Notes: generated by a model from the letters alone, not told the origin. A stretch of 64,000 nt of DNA from Terriglobales bacterium (GCA_049515835.1 JBEKTR010000001.1:10070-74069), one strand, 5' to 3'; shown: positions 47,706 through 59,995, counted from the stretch's first letter. Numbers and translations: made by a program.

Positions 47706-48935
47706 TCAGATGACCCGCGCGACCGCGGGAATACGGCGCAACACAGCGGTGGATCCCCAGCTGAGAACTACGGCAGTAAGAAAGACGATCCCCGCTTTCG
47801 CAAGAGCGGGAAAGGCTACAGGTAACAACGCATATTGCAACCAACTGACGAAGGCATAGTGGACGAGATAGATACCATATGCATTCGCCGTGAGCCCATC
47901 TAGGAGCGGCCTGCGCGCGCGCGCGAACCGCACGAAAATCGCGAGAAAGGCGAAGCAGGTTGCGGCGCAAGAAACGATAAAACCAAGATCCCCCAGCACC
48001 TCCCAGACGCGGGTTCGAGTGACGATTGCAATGATGATGACGGCCATTGCACCAGCGAAGGTAAGCAATGCGGCGAAAAGCCATCGGAACCAACGCTCAG
48101 CGAGCGAGCCATCCGGCGCGAGCAATCCGCGCTCAAGGCCATACGCCCCGATGCCAACGCCGGTTGCGAAGTAGACCGCGTAGTGGAGCAAGCGGCTGGT
48201 CTGGAAGGTGAAAGGCCCGAACGACGCCCAGGAAAATGCGTTAAACGCAAACTCCATCGGCAAATAAGCCACGGCGGATATGGCCACCAAAGTCCAAAAG
48301 AATGTAGCGGGGCTCTGCCAGGCATTCCGCGACAAGCTCGCTAGACGCTCACCCCACTTTGGAGCCGCAAAATAAAGGATGGCCGCGACGCAATCAAATG
48401 CGAGCAGAAGCCAGATGAACCAAGCCGGGCCTGCCGGCCAATTGCCGAGAGTGCGCCATTGCTGCCAGAATCCCGCAACGCTCGAAGGTGCGCCAGTTTG
48501 CAGATAGGCCGGGTAATAGGCCAGAGGCGCAATGATTGCGGCGGCCAGCAAGAAGGGCAGGCCGAGCCTCAACATGCGATCAAGCAGGAAGTGCCCACTC
48601 CCCTTCCGCTTGAGACTGGGCCACACAAATAACCCCGAAAGCAAAAACATCAATGACATGAAAAAGATGTCGTTAAACGAAGCAAACATGCTGATCGGAC
48701 TTGAGCGGTGGCTGTCCACGACAGGAAATGCCTGCCAGAGCCTCGGCTGCTCGACTAACGATGCGGCCGGGGCGGGAGCATAAGGGTGATAGGCGAGGAC
48801 GGCGTGGTGCGCCACAACCAGCAAGACGATGAAGGCGCGGAGATATCCGATGGCGAGGTTATAGTTGCCTGGGAAGAGTGCGCCTGCCCAGGTCGTCTTC
48901 CTACCCGATGGGAACGATGCTGGAATCGTATTCAT
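47706..48935 (-). CDS. acyltransferase family 3 membrane protein
   Basis: About 10 TM segments. The N-terminal motif LRAFIVLLVVAHHAVLAY is typical of Acyl_transf_3. Confidence 0.75.
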   Translation of the reverse strand: MNTIPASFPSGRKTTWAGALFPGNYNLAIGYLRAFIVLLVVAHHAVLAYHPYAPAPAASLVEQPRLWQAFPVVDSHRSSPISMFASFNDIFFMSLMFLLSGLFVWPSLKRKGSGHFLLDRMLRLGLPFLLAAAIIAPLAYYPAYLQTGAPSSVAGFWQQWRTLGNWPAGPAWFIWLLLAFDCVAAILYFAAPKWGERLASLSRNAWQSPATFFWTLVAISAVAYLPMEFAFNAFSWASFGPFTFQTSRLLHYAVYFATGVGIGAYGLERGLLAPDGSLAERWFRWLFAALLTFAGAMAVIIIAIVTRTRVWEVLGDLGFIVSCAATCFAFLAIFVRFARARRPLLDGLTANAYGIYLVHYAFVSWLQYALLPVAFPALAKAGIVFLTAVVLSWGSTAVLRRIPAVARVI

Positions 48936-48982
48936 AAGAATTTTCCTGATTTGTCGTCTTCGCTCGAACTCGGGATGCGCGT

Positions 48983-49972
48983 TCAGGCGCTAGCACACAT
49001 GCGGATTGGCTTACGCCCCGTGGCGCGGCGTGCATCCTGGACGAAACCGATCAGATAGCCAATTTCAACCCAGACAAGTAACATCAAAACCCACCCCCAG
49101 GTGAACCATTTCTGCATAGCGAGAATTTCAGTTTGCGATAACTGCGTCGAATTTACGCTCACGAAGCTGCCTCCGGTGAAGCAGATTGTGAGCAACGCAC
49201 CGACGATGAGCAACCCCAAGGCATCGAGGACAGCGCGCAACATCGCGCGCCGTGGCGTCCACCAGGGACGGAAGCAATTCACACCGGCGACGACTGTATG
49301 GCCGAGCACGAGAACGAGTAGCGGCAAAAAGAAAAATCGCGAGATCCATGGTGCCGGCGCAACTCGCAGAACGGCAAAGGACGGAAAACCAAATGCGCCC
49401 ATCCACCACAACGAAATCATGCCGTACCATGCGAGTTCGCTCACGGAAGAGCTGAGCGGTATGCGGTTCACATCGCGGACTTTCGGAAGCTTGAGAGGAT
49501 TCCATTTATTCCAGACTCCGCCCGGCTGATAGCGATCGATGATCGCGAAGATGGCAGTAACCACAAAAATATTGATAAACGCAGCCAGCCAAAAATTATC
49601 AAGCACGACGGTGAGACTCTGATAATGGCCGGAGCGGCTCGCAGCGACGAAAATATCGAGCGCAATCCCAATAGCGAGCCAGGGGCCAAAGAAACACATC
49701 CAAATCAGCTTGAGCACGAAGATATACATGGGAAAAACTTGCGGCCCGATTAAGTACCGTGGCGGCTGATAGCGCAGCGCGACCTGCATGGGATGGCCGT
49801 ATTTTCTTAAAATTGCCGCGACCTCTTCTTGAGTGAGAGGGCGACCCCATGCGGCTTCCTGATCTTGAATCTGCGAATGCAGATCCTCCGCCAGCTCGGC
49901 AATAATGTCGTGCTTTTGGTTCTTCGGCAGTCCAAACTTTACGGATTGCAAATAGCGTTCTATGAGTTCCAT
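48983..49972 (-). CDS. DUF1700/HAAS-type membrane protein (PadR partner)
   Basis: MELIERYLQSVKFGLPKNQKHDIIAELAEDLHSQIQD...EEVAAILRKYGHP plus multiple TM segments. It starts 4 nt after the padR stop. Confidence 0.6.
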   Translation of the reverse strand: MELIERYLQSVKFGLPKNQKHDIIAELAEDLHSQIQDQEAAWGRPLTQEEVAAILRKYGHPMQVALRYQPPRYLIGPQVFPMYIFVLKLIWMCFFGPWLAIGIALDIFVAASRSGHYQSLTVVLDNFWLAAFINIFVVTAIFAIIDRYQPGGVWNKWNPLKLPKVRDVNRIPLSSSVSELAWYGMISLWWMGAFGFPSFAVLRVAPAPWISRFFFLPLLVLVLGHTVVAGVNCFRPWWTPRRAMLRAVLDALGLLIVGALLTICFTGGSFVSVNSTQLSQTEILAMQKWFTWGWVLMLLVWVEIGYLIGFVQDARRATGRKPIRMCASA

Positions 49973-49976
49973 AAAT

Positions 49977-50324
49977 TCAGTCCTTGGCGACGATTTTTCT
50001 TAGCGACGCATTAATGCCCTGCCACTCGGCCAGGAGGCGTTTGAGAATCTCCTCACCATCGCGCGATAGCCGATAAAACCGTTTGTTCCGTTTTTCCTCT
50101 TCGCGCCATTCGCTTACCAGAAGCCCCTGACTCTCAAGACGGCGGAGTAGTGGATAGAGTGTGCCCTCGTCGATTTCGAGGCCGTCATCGGCAAGAGCTT
50201 TGCGCAAGGTATAGCCGTAACGCTCAACGCGCAGCTGGGCTAGAACCGCAACGATCAGGCATCCACGACGCAGTTCCCCACGGAGATTTTCAAACATGTC
50301 CGGGCTGCCATTGCTGTTTGACAT
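49977..50324 (-). CDS. PadR family transcriptional regulator (alternative start at 50297)
   Basis: Winged-helix signature RYGYTLRKAL...EGTLYPLLRRLESQGLLVSEW...KRNKRFYRLSRDGEE. Confidence 0.85.
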   Translation of the reverse strand: MSNSNGSPDMFENLRGELRRGCLIVAVLAQLRVERYGYTLRKALADDGLEIDEGTLYPLLRRLESQGLLVSEWREEEKRNKRFYRLSRDGEEILKRLLAEWQGINASLRKIVAKD

Positions 50325-50367
50325 ACAGTGTATGTAACATACTATGTATCACACAGTATATGACTGT
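50323..50367. promoter_or_regulatory. candidate PadR operator(s): two palindromes at the padR 5' end
   Basis: ATACAgtGTATGTaACATACtaTGTAT (50323-50349, with the core GTATGT-A-ACATAC perfect) and ACAGTatatgACTGT (50353-50367), in an AT-rich stretch that abuts or overlaps the first ATG of padR. Confidence 0.45.
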
Positions 50368-50526
50368 CAAGTGTTTTTGTCGCAGAGAGGAACCGCACCT
50401 CCCAATGCCCAGCAAAGACAGCCTTTGAAAGCCTCTAACTCCTTTTTCAGCTTGACCTTACCTCGGTAACTGGAGTCGACGCTTGCACTGTGCCAACATG
50501 GGTGAACTCACCCTCAGGAGCGTCCG

Positions 50527-51516
50527 ATGCGCATGCGTACAGCGTTTTTGTTGTTGATTGGCTTTGGATCAAATCTCTGGACCGCTAGCGCCTCAACGCC
50601 GCCGAGCCAAACCGCGCGCCAAGCGTTGATGGAAATGTTCTTCAGCAAGCAGCCCGGGACATTCTTGAATCACCTACCCGCCGCTACACGCACCATGCTG
50701 GAACAGTCGGGAGCCTTGGCGAACTTGCAGCAATATTCTTTGCTGACCGCGCAAATTCAAACACAAAGTAACAATTTTCAGACATTCGAGAGTGGCCGAA
50801 TCTTGCTGACGGGGGTCAATCCGCAGACAGGACAGAAGGTTGACGTGGTCGTTGTGGATGACCGATTGCGTGGAGAGCAGGACGACATTGAGTTGTCATT
50901 CGAGGCGTACAAAGATGGCCAGGCGCAAAAATCTGCGTTCATGCCGCATTTGACGTTCTCGATGACGACGGAAGCAGGCATTTGGAAACTCAGCGAGATC
51001 TCTCTCACGATTCATCTACCGTTGAATGATCCAGAGTTGCTAAAAAGCTTCGCAGCGGGCTTAAAGGCCCACGCTCTGGCTGGATCCACGTCGGCAATTC
51101 CGTCAAACGCTACATTTACCCATGCTCAAACGCCCGTTCGGACTTTTGGGAGGGACTCGGGGGTTCCAGCGGCGATGCGCACGATACTCACGGCGGAGAC
51201 AACATATGCCGCCACTTACCCGAGCGTGGGATACACCTGCACACTTTCCGATCTGGATGGCTTTGGCGAAGGTCAACCTAACGAGCATCAAGCGATGCTT
51301 ATCGGAGTGGGGCTCGCCAGTGGAAAGTGGCACGGCTACACGTTGGCGCTTTCCGGCTGCAGTGGATCTCCTGCGACAACTTTCCGGTTGACCGCGACTC
51401 CCACAGGCGAGAGCTATGGACGCGCAGCATTTTGCGCGGACCGCGCGGGAGCCATACGGTCATCTGCCGACGGCAATGCGGCGACATGCGAGACTAACGG
51501 CGAACTAGTGAAATAG
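50527..51516 (+). CDS. secreted hypothetical protein
   Basis: AGGAGCG Shine-Dalgarno sequence. Signal peptide MRMRTAFLLLIGFGSNLWTASA. No family recognised. Confidence 0.5.
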   Translation: MRMRTAFLLLIGFGSNLWTASASTPPSQTARQALMEMFFSKQPGTFLNHLPAATRTMLEQSGALANLQQYSLLTAQIQTQSNNFQTFESGRILLTGVNPQTGQKVDVVVVDDRLRGEQDDIELSFEAYKDGQAQKSAFMPHLTFSMTTEAGIWKLSEISLTIHLPLNDPELLKSFAAGLKAHALAGSTSAIPSNATFTHAQTPVRTFGRDSGVPAAMRTILTAETTYAATYPSVGYTCTLSDLDGFGEGQPNEHQAMLIGVGLASGKWHGYTLALSGCSGSPATTFRLTATPTGESYGRAAFCADRAGAIRSSADGNAATCETNGELVK

Positions 51517-51566
51517 TGCAGTGAATGTTCGTTATCCCGAAGCCAACTGTCAAACGGCCGCCTTCT

Positions 51567-52046
51567 TCAAGTCAGCCACGCTCCCAGCAGCCGGCGCAAT
51601 GATATGAGTGCGCCGATATGGTAGGCGTTGTGATCGGCAACAAGCAGAATCTCGCGCAGAACGGTTTTGTCTTGGGCATGCGGAAGCGGAGCGAATAGAT
51701 CCGTTTTAGGATCAGACACGATTTCTTCCAACGCCTTGAGATCGGTCCGGAAAGCGCGGATGCTCTTATCCCAGGCTTTGTCGTCCGGCGGCTCGGGAGA
51801 CTTGGGCCAATAGCCTTCGGGCCACTTCGGCGATTCGTGTTTGGCATCGCGGGTGAACTCCAAAATATCCGATTGCGCGATCCGCAAGTGTTCCACTAAT
51901 TGCCAGGCGGAATGTTCTACGCCTTTGGGTTTCTTGCCGCGAAGACTAGTGGGTAGATTCTTGACGGCTGAATCGAAGCCGGCGTGGGCCCCTTCTTCTT
52001 TCAGTAAGAACAAAAGATGTTTGCGAAGTGATTGATTATTGTTCAT
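51567..52046 (-). CDS. DinB family protein
   Basis: WQLVEHLRIAQSDILEF and ADHNAYHIGALISLRRLLG carry the His triad pattern of DinB_2. Confidence 0.75.
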   Translation of the reverse strand: MNNNQSLRKHLLFLLKEEGAHAGFDSAVKNLPTSLRGKKPKGVEHSAWQLVEHLRIAQSDILEFTRDAKHESPKWPEGYWPKSPEPPDDKAWDKSIRAFRTDLKALEEIVSDPKTDLFAPLPHAQDKTVLREILLVADHNAYHIGALISLRRLLGAWLT

Positions 52047-52153
52047 GGTTCCCCTCTTTTGTGCTTGTGTTTGATGCCGGGAGGTACACGCGAGATCCCT
52101 CGCCCCCCTGGAGAAAACGCGAGGCTTCGGGATGACGCAATTATCTTTAAGAT

Positions 52154-54115
52154 TTAACTTTCGTCGCTCTCGCGCAGCTTTGCAATCACGCTTAAATCTT
52201 CCAGAGTCGTGGTGTCACCCTTCACTTCGCCGTTCGTAGCTAATTCGCGTAGCAATCGGCGCATGATTTTTCCACTGCGAGTCTTGGGAAGAGCATCTGT
52301 AAAGCGAATGTCATCCGGTCGAGCCAGCGCGCCAATCTCTTTGGCGACCCATCTGCGAAGTTCGTCTTTGAGTGCGTCGGTAGGAGCTTTTCCCTGCTGC
52401 AACGAGACGAATGCTGAGATTGCCTGACCTTTCAGTTCATCCGGACGACCAACTACGGCAGCTTCGGCGACGGACTCGTGGGCGACCAGTGCTGATTCGA
52501 CTTCCATCGTGCTGAGACGATGGCCGCTGACGTTGATGACGTCGTCCACGCGGCCCATAATCCAGAAGTATCCGTCTTTATCTTTGCGCGCGCCGTCGCC
52601 GGTGAAGTAGACGCCGGGAATCTGCGACCAGTAATTTTTCACATAGCGGTCGGGGTCGCCCCAGACGGTGCGCAACATGCCGGGCCAGGGTTGGCGGATG
52701 ATGAGGAATCCGCCGAAGCCATCGGGAACCGGGTTGCCGTCCATAGAAACGACTTCGGGAACGATGCCGGGGATGGGGCGAGTAGCAGAACCAGGTTTTG
52801 TCGCAATCGCGCCAGGAATCGGAGCGATCATGATATGGCCGGTTTCAGTCTGCCACCACGTGTCCACAATCGGGCAATGGTCATGGCCAATGACTTCGCG
52901 ATACCACATCCATGCTTCGGGATTGATGGGCTCGCCGACGGTCCCAAGTAGGCGTAGGCTGTCGAGCTTGTGCTTGCGCGGCCACTGCTCTCCCCAACGA
53001 ATAAAAGTGCGAATCGCGGTGGGCGCCGTGTAGAAGACGTTTACTTGATGACGGTCGATAATCCTCCAGAAGCGATCTGGCTCGGGGGTGTTGGGCGCGC
53101 CTTCGTACATCAATGTTGTCGCGCCGTTTTGCAACGGCCCATAAACAATGTAGCTGTGGCCGGTCACCCAGCCGATGTCGGCGGTGCACCAGTAGGTATC
53201 TTCTTCCTTGAGATCGAAGACCCATTTGGTGGTTAGGTAGGTGCCGACGGAATATCCGCCGGTTGTGTGGACCACGCCTTTCGGTTTACCTGTCGTACCC
53301 GATGTATAGAGAATGTAAAGCGGGTGTTCGGCATCGACCGGCTCGGCCGGGCAATCGGAAGAAACTGACTCCATTAATTCATGCCACCAGTGGTCGCGGC
53401 CAACGTGGAAATTAATTGGAGTTCCGGTGCGCTTATAAACGACGACATTCTTAACTGTCGGGCAAGATTTAAGCGCCTCTTCGACTGCTGGAAACAGCTT
53501 CACTTCGGTGGCTCGACGATAAGCTCCATCTTGTGTGATCACGGCTACGGCTTCGGAATCGTGAATGCGATCAACAAGAGCATTGGAGGAAAATCCGCCG
53601 AAGACGACGGTGTGCGGTGCACCAATGCGGGCACAGGCAAGCATGGCAATCGCCAGCTCGGGCGTCATGCCCATATAGATGGCAATGCGGTCGCCTTTTT
53701 TCACGCCGAGAGATTTGAGGACGTTTGAAAATTTGCACACTTCCCGGTGCAATTGCTGATAAGTCAATGTGCGGACTTCGCCCGGTTCGCTTTCCCAAAT
53801 AATCGCGGCTTTGTTTTTGCGCGACGTGTGCAAGTGACGATCTAAGCAGTTATAGCTAAGGTTTAACTCCCCTCCGACAAACCACTTTGCCCATGGAGCC
53901 TGCCAGTCCAATACCTTGTCCCATTTCTTGAACCAATGGAGTTCGCCCGCGATTTTGCCCCAAAACTTTTCGGGATCTTGAACCGACTCACGATAGATGT
54001 TTTCGTACTCTTGCAGGCTCTTGATGTGAGCGCTCTGGCGAAAGTGGTCAGGCGGCTCGAACCGACGTTGTTCCTGAAGAACGGAGTCAATATTCTGGCT
54101 GGGGTTGTCAGGCAT
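52154..54115 (-). CDS. acs: acetyl-CoA synthetase (acetate--CoA ligase)
   Basis: Full-length match by eye to Acs: [63 protein letters not shown]. Confidence 0.95.
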   Translation of the reverse strand: MPDNPSQNIDSVLQEQRRFEPPDHFRQSAHIKSLQEYENIYRESVQDPEKFWGKIAGELHWFKKWDKVLDWQAPWAKWFVGGELNLSYNCLDRHLHTSRKNKAAIIWESEPGEVRTLTYQQLHREVCKFSNVLKSLGVKKGDRIAIYMGMTPELAIAMLACARIGAPHTVVFGGFSSNALVDRIHDSEAVAVITQDGAYRRATEVKLFPAVEEALKSCPTVKNVVVYKRTGTPINFHVGRDHWWHELMESVSSDCPAEPVDAEHPLYILYTSGTTGKPKGVVHTTGGYSVGTYLTTKWVFDLKEEDTYWCTADIGWVTGHSYIVYGPLQNGATTLMYEGAPNTPEPDRFWRIIDRHQVNVFYTAPTAIRTFIRWGEQWPRKHKLDSLRLLGTVGEPINPEAWMWYREVIGHDHCPIVDTWWQTETGHIMIAPIPGAIATKPGSATRPIPGIVPEVVSMDGNPVPDGFGGFLIIRQPWPGMLRTVWGDPDRYVKNYWSQIPGVYFTGDGARKDKDGYFWIMGRVDDVINVSGHRLSTMEVESALVAHESVAEAAVVGRPDELKGQAISAFVSLQQGKAPTDALKDELRRWVAKEIGALARPDDIRFTDALPKTRSGKIMRRLLRELATNGEVKGDTTTLEDLSVIAKLRESDES

Positions 54116-54216
54116 GAAGTCCTCGATGGAAGTCTGTGCACACGGATTCTACAAGGGAGCGCGGTGGATTGTCTTGGGGTGACCTCGCGAAATGAGGGAC
54201 AGAAATGCCGGGAAAT

Positions 54217-54648
54217 CTAACCTAGGAATCGGCCAGCATCTTTGGGATCAGCTACAGGACAAGAATCATACTTGCCAAATATTTGATAACGGCGGCGAGC
54301 GATGGAACGGTATCCCCAATCGCGTAAGGACCGCGGAATGATCTTCAGGAGAAACGAGACCATCGGCCACATTCCACCCAGCCGAGCCGTGACTTCGACA
54401 GCAGCGTCGGATTGCGTGAACAATTTTTCCTCCGGGGAGCCCGGATTCACCATCACGCATACTGTGCTCACGTTAGAGAGATGGACGCGATATGGTTGTA
54501 ACAAGTGGTGCGCTGTATCGCTGTGCAAGGCGGCAAACCGAAAGCGCTTCTCGCCATCACGCTGCATCACAAATTGAACGAAGCGATTGCACAAGCCGCA
54601 AATGCCATCATAAAAGACAATGGAATTTTGGTTGTTGGCGGCACCCAC
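54217..54648 (-). CDS. thiol-disulfide oxidoreductase DCC family protein (DUF393)
   Basis: The N-terminal FYDGICGLCNRFVQFV motif is diagnostic. Confidence 0.75.
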   Translation of the reverse strand: MGAANNQNSIVFYDGICGLCNRFVQFVMQRDGEKRFRFAALHSDTAHHLLQPYRVHLSNVSTVCVMVNPGSPEEKLFTQSDAAVEVTARLGGMWPMVSFLLKIIPRSLRDWGYRSIARRRYQIFGKYDSCPVADPKDAGRFLG

Positions 54649-54773
54649 AATTTGATTTTATCCGCGCACCAGGGGCTCTCACATTCTTTATGTTCATCCG
54701 TCACAGGCGCAGTGCGCCGTTTCTGGTATAGTGAGCAGCACACAAGGCAAAAATAGGCAGTGAGGAGTCCCGT

Positions 54774-55232
54774 ATGGCTGGTAAAAGCGTTAACAAGGTT
54801 ATCCTTATCGGCAACCTCGGCAAAGATCCGGAAGTGAAATACACTCCGCAGGGCACGCCCGTGGCAAAGCTGACGATTGCGACCAACGAACGATTCAAAG
54901 ACAAGAGCGGTGAATGGCAGGACCGGACGGAATGGCACAACGTCGTTCTGTGGCAGCGCTTGGCAGAGATCGCGGGAGAATATCTAAAAAAGGGCGGCAA
55001 AGTTTACATCGAAGGCCGCTTACAGACACGCTCATGGGATGACAAGACCAGCGGGCAAAAGAAATATATGACGGAAGTCGTCGCCAGCGATTTGGTCCTG
55101 CTTGGCGGGCGCGGCGAGGGCGGCGGCGGAGAAGCCAGCGGTTCGCGCGGCAGCAACAACTTCGATCAGCGAACGCCTGAACCGGAAACTGTTCCTTCGA
55201 GCCCAATCAGCGACGAAGATATACCGTTCTAG
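54774..55232 (+). CDS. ssb: single-stranded DNA-binding protein
   Basis: [22 protein letters not shown]...[35 protein letters not shown]. Gly-rich tail ending DEDIPF. Confidence 0.95.
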   Translation: MAGKSVNKVILIGNLGKDPEVKYTPQGTPVAKLTIATNERFKDKSGEWQDRTEWHNVVLWQRLAEIAGEYLKKGGKVYIEGRLQTRSWDDKTSGQKKYMTEVVASDLVLLGGRGEGGGGEASGSRGSNNFDQRTPEPETVPSSPISDEDIPF

Positions 55233-55272
55233 TTTGCTGCGAACGTCTTATGGAGTGTCTTTATTGGATGCG

Positions 55273-55349
55273 TGGAGGCCCCGGGCGGAGTCGAACCGCC
55301 GACCAACGGTTTAGGAAACCGCTGCTCTATCCAACTGAGCTACGGGGCC
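55273..55349 (-). tRNA. tRNA-Arg (anticodon CCT), CCA encoded
   Basis: Hand fold: acceptor GGCCCCG/CGGGGCC, D arm GCTC-AGTTGGATA-GAGC, anticodon arm GCGGT-TTCCTAA-ACCGT, T arm GGCGG-TTCGACT-CCGCC. Confidence 0.9.
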
Positions 55350-55874
55350 GAGTCTGTCTATCGTACTCATTTTACAGGACTACATCACCTTGCGAAGAGA
55401 AGCCCTTCGAGCGCGAGCGCTGATATCTCCGACGCGGGACTGTTCGCAACCGCTGGTGCGGTGGGAGTGCTTCTCATTGACGGAAGGGCCCAAGGAGATT
55501 CTCATGCCTTCGAAACCGGCGTGCTTGGAGCCGAGGCGATGGCAAACAGTGCCGTGTGTACGCCGTGCTGCAGCTCATTGCGGAGCGTGAACGTCCTTTA
55601 CACGGAAGGGGTCCAGTACAAAAAGGTTCTTTTCAAAGTGGAAACGCAAGGCGGTGAGACTCACATTACGGGGAAAATTCCGGCTACACTAGGGATTTCA
55701 AGATCGATCCGCCCCCGCTTCTGACAATGCCAGTCAAGAATGACATTCCCGTGCGCTTGGACATGATCTGGCGTCCGCAGTAAATGCTGGATTGCTGGCT
55801 TAGGTAAGTTTCCAGGATCCTGTTTCCTGCATCCCATCTTGAGGTGTAAAGTCTTGGACGGGCAGGAATCTCCG

Positions 55875-56552
55875 ATGCGATTGTTGGTGGTGGAAGACGA
55901 TATACCGATCCAGCAGTTTCTCAAGCGAGCGCTAGTAGACGCTGGATATCAGGTGGATACGGCCAGTACAGCGCAGGCTGGCGAAACGATGGCCTTGGAG
56001 GGCATTCACGATGCCTTCGTTATCGATCTTGGACTTCCAGACTTGGATGGACTGGACTTGATTGCGCGTTGCCGAGCCCAGGGCAATGCAGCGCCGGTTT
56101 TAATCTTGTCCGCCCGCCGTTCTGTCGACGAGCGGGTCCGGGGATTGGAGCAGGGCGGAGACGATTACCTCACGAAGCCATTTGCACTGCCGGAACTGCT
56201 GGCAAGACTGAGAAATCTCCTACGCAGATCGGCGGTTCCACAGAGTGAATCGGTTCGTCTGCAAGCAGCCGACCTGCAGCTTGATCTGGTTCGTCGCGAA
56301 GCGCGCCGGGGCGGAACATTGCTGCAATTGACACCACAGGAATTTTCTTTACTGGAATACCTTTGTCGCAACGAAGGTCGAGTGGTGACCCGGACGATGA
56401 TTCTGGACCACGTCTGGAAGATGAGGATTGATCCCGCAACCAATGTCGTCGATGTTCACATTTATCGTCTGCGCAGCAAAGTGGATCATGACACCACGCG
56501 ACCGCTGATTCACACAATTCGTGGCGTTGGCTACGTCCTCAAATATGCCTAG
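55875..56552 (+). CDS. OmpR-family response regulator
   Basis: MRLLVVEDD..., acceptor FVIDLGLPDLDG, K in YLTKPF. The winged-helix C-terminus ends IHTIRGVGYVL. Confidence 0.85.
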   Translation: MRLLVVEDDIPIQQFLKRALVDAGYQVDTASTAQAGETMALEGIHDAFVIDLGLPDLDGLDLIARCRAQGNAAPVLILSARRSVDERVRGLEQGGDDYLTKPFALPELLARLRNLLRRSAVPQSESVRLQAADLQLDLVRREARRGGTLLQLTPQEFSLLEYLCRNEGRVVTRTMILDHVWKMRIDPATNVVDVHIYRLRSKVDHDTTRPLIHTIRGVGYVLKYA

Positions 56553-57969
56553 GAATTTGCGCTCCACCGCCGCTTGGCGGATTTCGATTTGGACAACTCT
56601 GGCGTTCGCGCTCGGAACTGCTGTGGCTTTTTCCATAGTTTATTTCCTTGTCGCTCAGGGCATTCGGGAGCGCAGTGACACCTGGCTCAGCGGCGAAGCA
56701 GAGGTTCTGACCCAGGTCTCGGCTGACACCCCGAGCGATCGTCTATATAAGAGGATTGTTCGAGAGGTTGCCGAGCTTGCTACTCAGGAAGTACCGGATG
56801 AGCGCAATGCCCGCGGCGAAAGGCTGAATTCCGTCTTTTTCTTAGCGACAAGTCCCAATAACAGTGAAGGCCCATTGTGGGTGGGCCCAAGCTCAAAGGA
56901 TGCTTTTGTAGCAGCGATTCAGCGGACGAATTTGGTTCCGGGGCCACCGAAGTCCATAACGGTGGAGGGATATCGACAAACGTTTCGCGTGGTTGAGAAG
57001 GCGCAAAACGGAAGAACTGTTTATCTCGGACTATCAGATCATGGTGCCCAACATGTGCTGCACACATTGGCCCGGCGCTTTCTCGCACTTTGGTGCGGCA
57101 TGTTTCTGCTCGGCTTCGTAATCTCCTACTGGAGCGCACGCCGCACCCTGCACCGTGTGGAACGAATTACGGAAACGGTCGCACGAATTGGAACCGAAGA
57201 CTTAAAGGAACGATTGCCTGAGCCTGTAAATTCGGATGAGATTTCACGATTGGCCAAGACTTTCAATAACATGCTGGACCGGCTCCAGGCTTCAGTCGAT
57301 CAACTTCGCACCGTTACTGGGGGCATCGCGCACGACCTCAAAAGTCCTGTGACTTTGATTCGTGGAACACTGGAATCCGCATTATGTAATGAAGGAAATG
57401 ACAAGTGGCGTGACTCGGTTGGTGAGGCGATCGAAGAACTGGACAGACTATTGCAGTTGCTGAATACCACGCTCGATCTTGCCGAAGCGGAGGCGGGTGC
57501 GCTTCACATCGATCGCGATCCAGTTGATTTCTCCGATGTCGTGCGACAACTGGTCGACATTTATCAGCCGGCGATGGCCGAGCATCACCACGAAGTGACG
57601 ACTGACCTCGAAGAACACGTGGTCGTAGATGCGGACGTAACCCTGCTGAATCGTGTCGTAAGTAATTTGCTCGAAAACGAATTGACCCATTTGCCTGCGG
57701 GATGCCGAGTGAACATCCGACTCCGTTCGCAGCAAGGGTCGGCAGAACTAGTGATTGAAGATAATGGTCCGGGATTCTCACCCGAGATCGGCAGCCAAGT
57801 TTTCAAACGTTTCGTGAAGGGAAAGAATTCGCCCGGTCATGGTCTCGGACTTGCCTTTGTGGAAGCAGTTGTCCAGGCGCATGGCGGCGTGGCCAAGATC
57901 TCGGACCGTCCAGGAGGTGGCGCCGTCATAATTTTGTCGCTACCCGTCCACATGCTCCAAGAGGCATAG
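56545..57969 (+). CDS. sensor histidine kinase (2 TM, HAMP, HisKA, HATPase_c)
   Basis: The ATG overlaps the regulator's stop codon. H-box GGIAHDLKSPV, N-box NLLENELTH, G-boxes DNGPGF and GHGLGL. Confidence 0.85.
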   Translation: MPRNLRSTAAWRISIWTTLAFALGTAVAFSIVYFLVAQGIRERSDTWLSGEAEVLTQVSADTPSDRLYKRIVREVAELATQEVPDERNARGERLNSVFFLATSPNNSEGPLWVGPSSKDAFVAAIQRTNLVPGPPKSITVEGYRQTFRVVEKAQNGRTVYLGLSDHGAQHVLHTLARRFLALWCGMFLLGFVISYWSARRTLHRVERITETVARIGTEDLKERLPEPVNSDEISRLAKTFNNMLDRLQASVDQLRTVTGGIAHDLKSPVTLIRGTLESALCNEGNDKWRDSVGEAIEELDRLLQLLNTTLDLAEAEAGALHIDRDPVDFSDVVRQLVDIYQPAMAEHHHEVTTDLEEHVVVDADVTLLNRVVSNLLENELTHLPAGCRVNIRLRSQQGSAELVIEDNGPGFSPEIGSQVFKRFVKGKNSPGHGLGLAFVEAVVQAHGGVAKISDRPGGGAVIILSLPVHMLQEA

Positions 57970-58081
57970 CAAAAACAGGAAAGTTTGTTTACACGCTCTC
58001 TCTTCCGAGTGCGTCTACCAACGGCTACTCTTGGTTCGTTAAAGTCGACAACCTGAGACTAAACTCTCCGAGACTCTGCGG

Positions 58082-58351
58082 GTGCGTCCGATTCAGGCCG
58101 CTATGGCGTCGGCCGGCAGTTTCGCCGTTGGCGCAGCCCTGCCTCTCTTGGTCAGTGCCGTAACGCCGGCGGCTGAGCTGATTCGCCTTGCCTCTGGAAC
58201 TTCACTCGTGTTCCTCGCACTTCTAGGCGGAGTGGCTGCACGCGCGGGCGGCGCAGGCGTGACAGTGGGAGCGATACGGGTAACGTTCTAGGGTGCTCTC
58301 GCTATGGCGCTGACGGAAGGAGTCGGGGCGTTATTCGGAACAATCTCGTGA
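58082..58351 (+). pseudogene. VIT1/CCC1-family iron/manganese transporter, C-terminal fragment with in-frame stop
   Basis: RPIQAAMASAGSFAVGAALPLL...GAIRVTF*GALAMALTEGVGALFG matches the last two TM helices of the VIT family. The TAG at 58289 sits where these proteins carry Trp. No N-terminal part is present. Confidence 0.55.
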
Positions 58352-58414
58352 GCAGTGCCGACAGTCGATCATGCTGAACGCAGCTCGCGGACAATGGCGC
58401 CCTTCGCCACGGGC

Positions 58415-59995
<1,581 letters not shown>

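Noticed and set aside
54706-54732. Perfect palindrome GGCGCA-G-TGCGCC followed by TATAGT, about 40 bp upstream of ssb (possible operator plus -10)
   Set aside because: No convincing -35 element is present. I cannot name a verified LexA or other operator consensus for this lineage that it matches. It is too speculative to list as a feature.
55504-55590. 28-aa Cys-containing mini-ORF (MPSKPACLEPRRWQTVPCVRRAAAHCGA) with a strong AAGGAG Shine-Dalgarno sequence, upstream of the two-component system
   Set aside because: A single good Shine-Dalgarno sequence is not enough. The composition looks like GC-rich noise, and no modifying enzyme is adjacent (the radical SAM gene is 3 kb away on the other strand).
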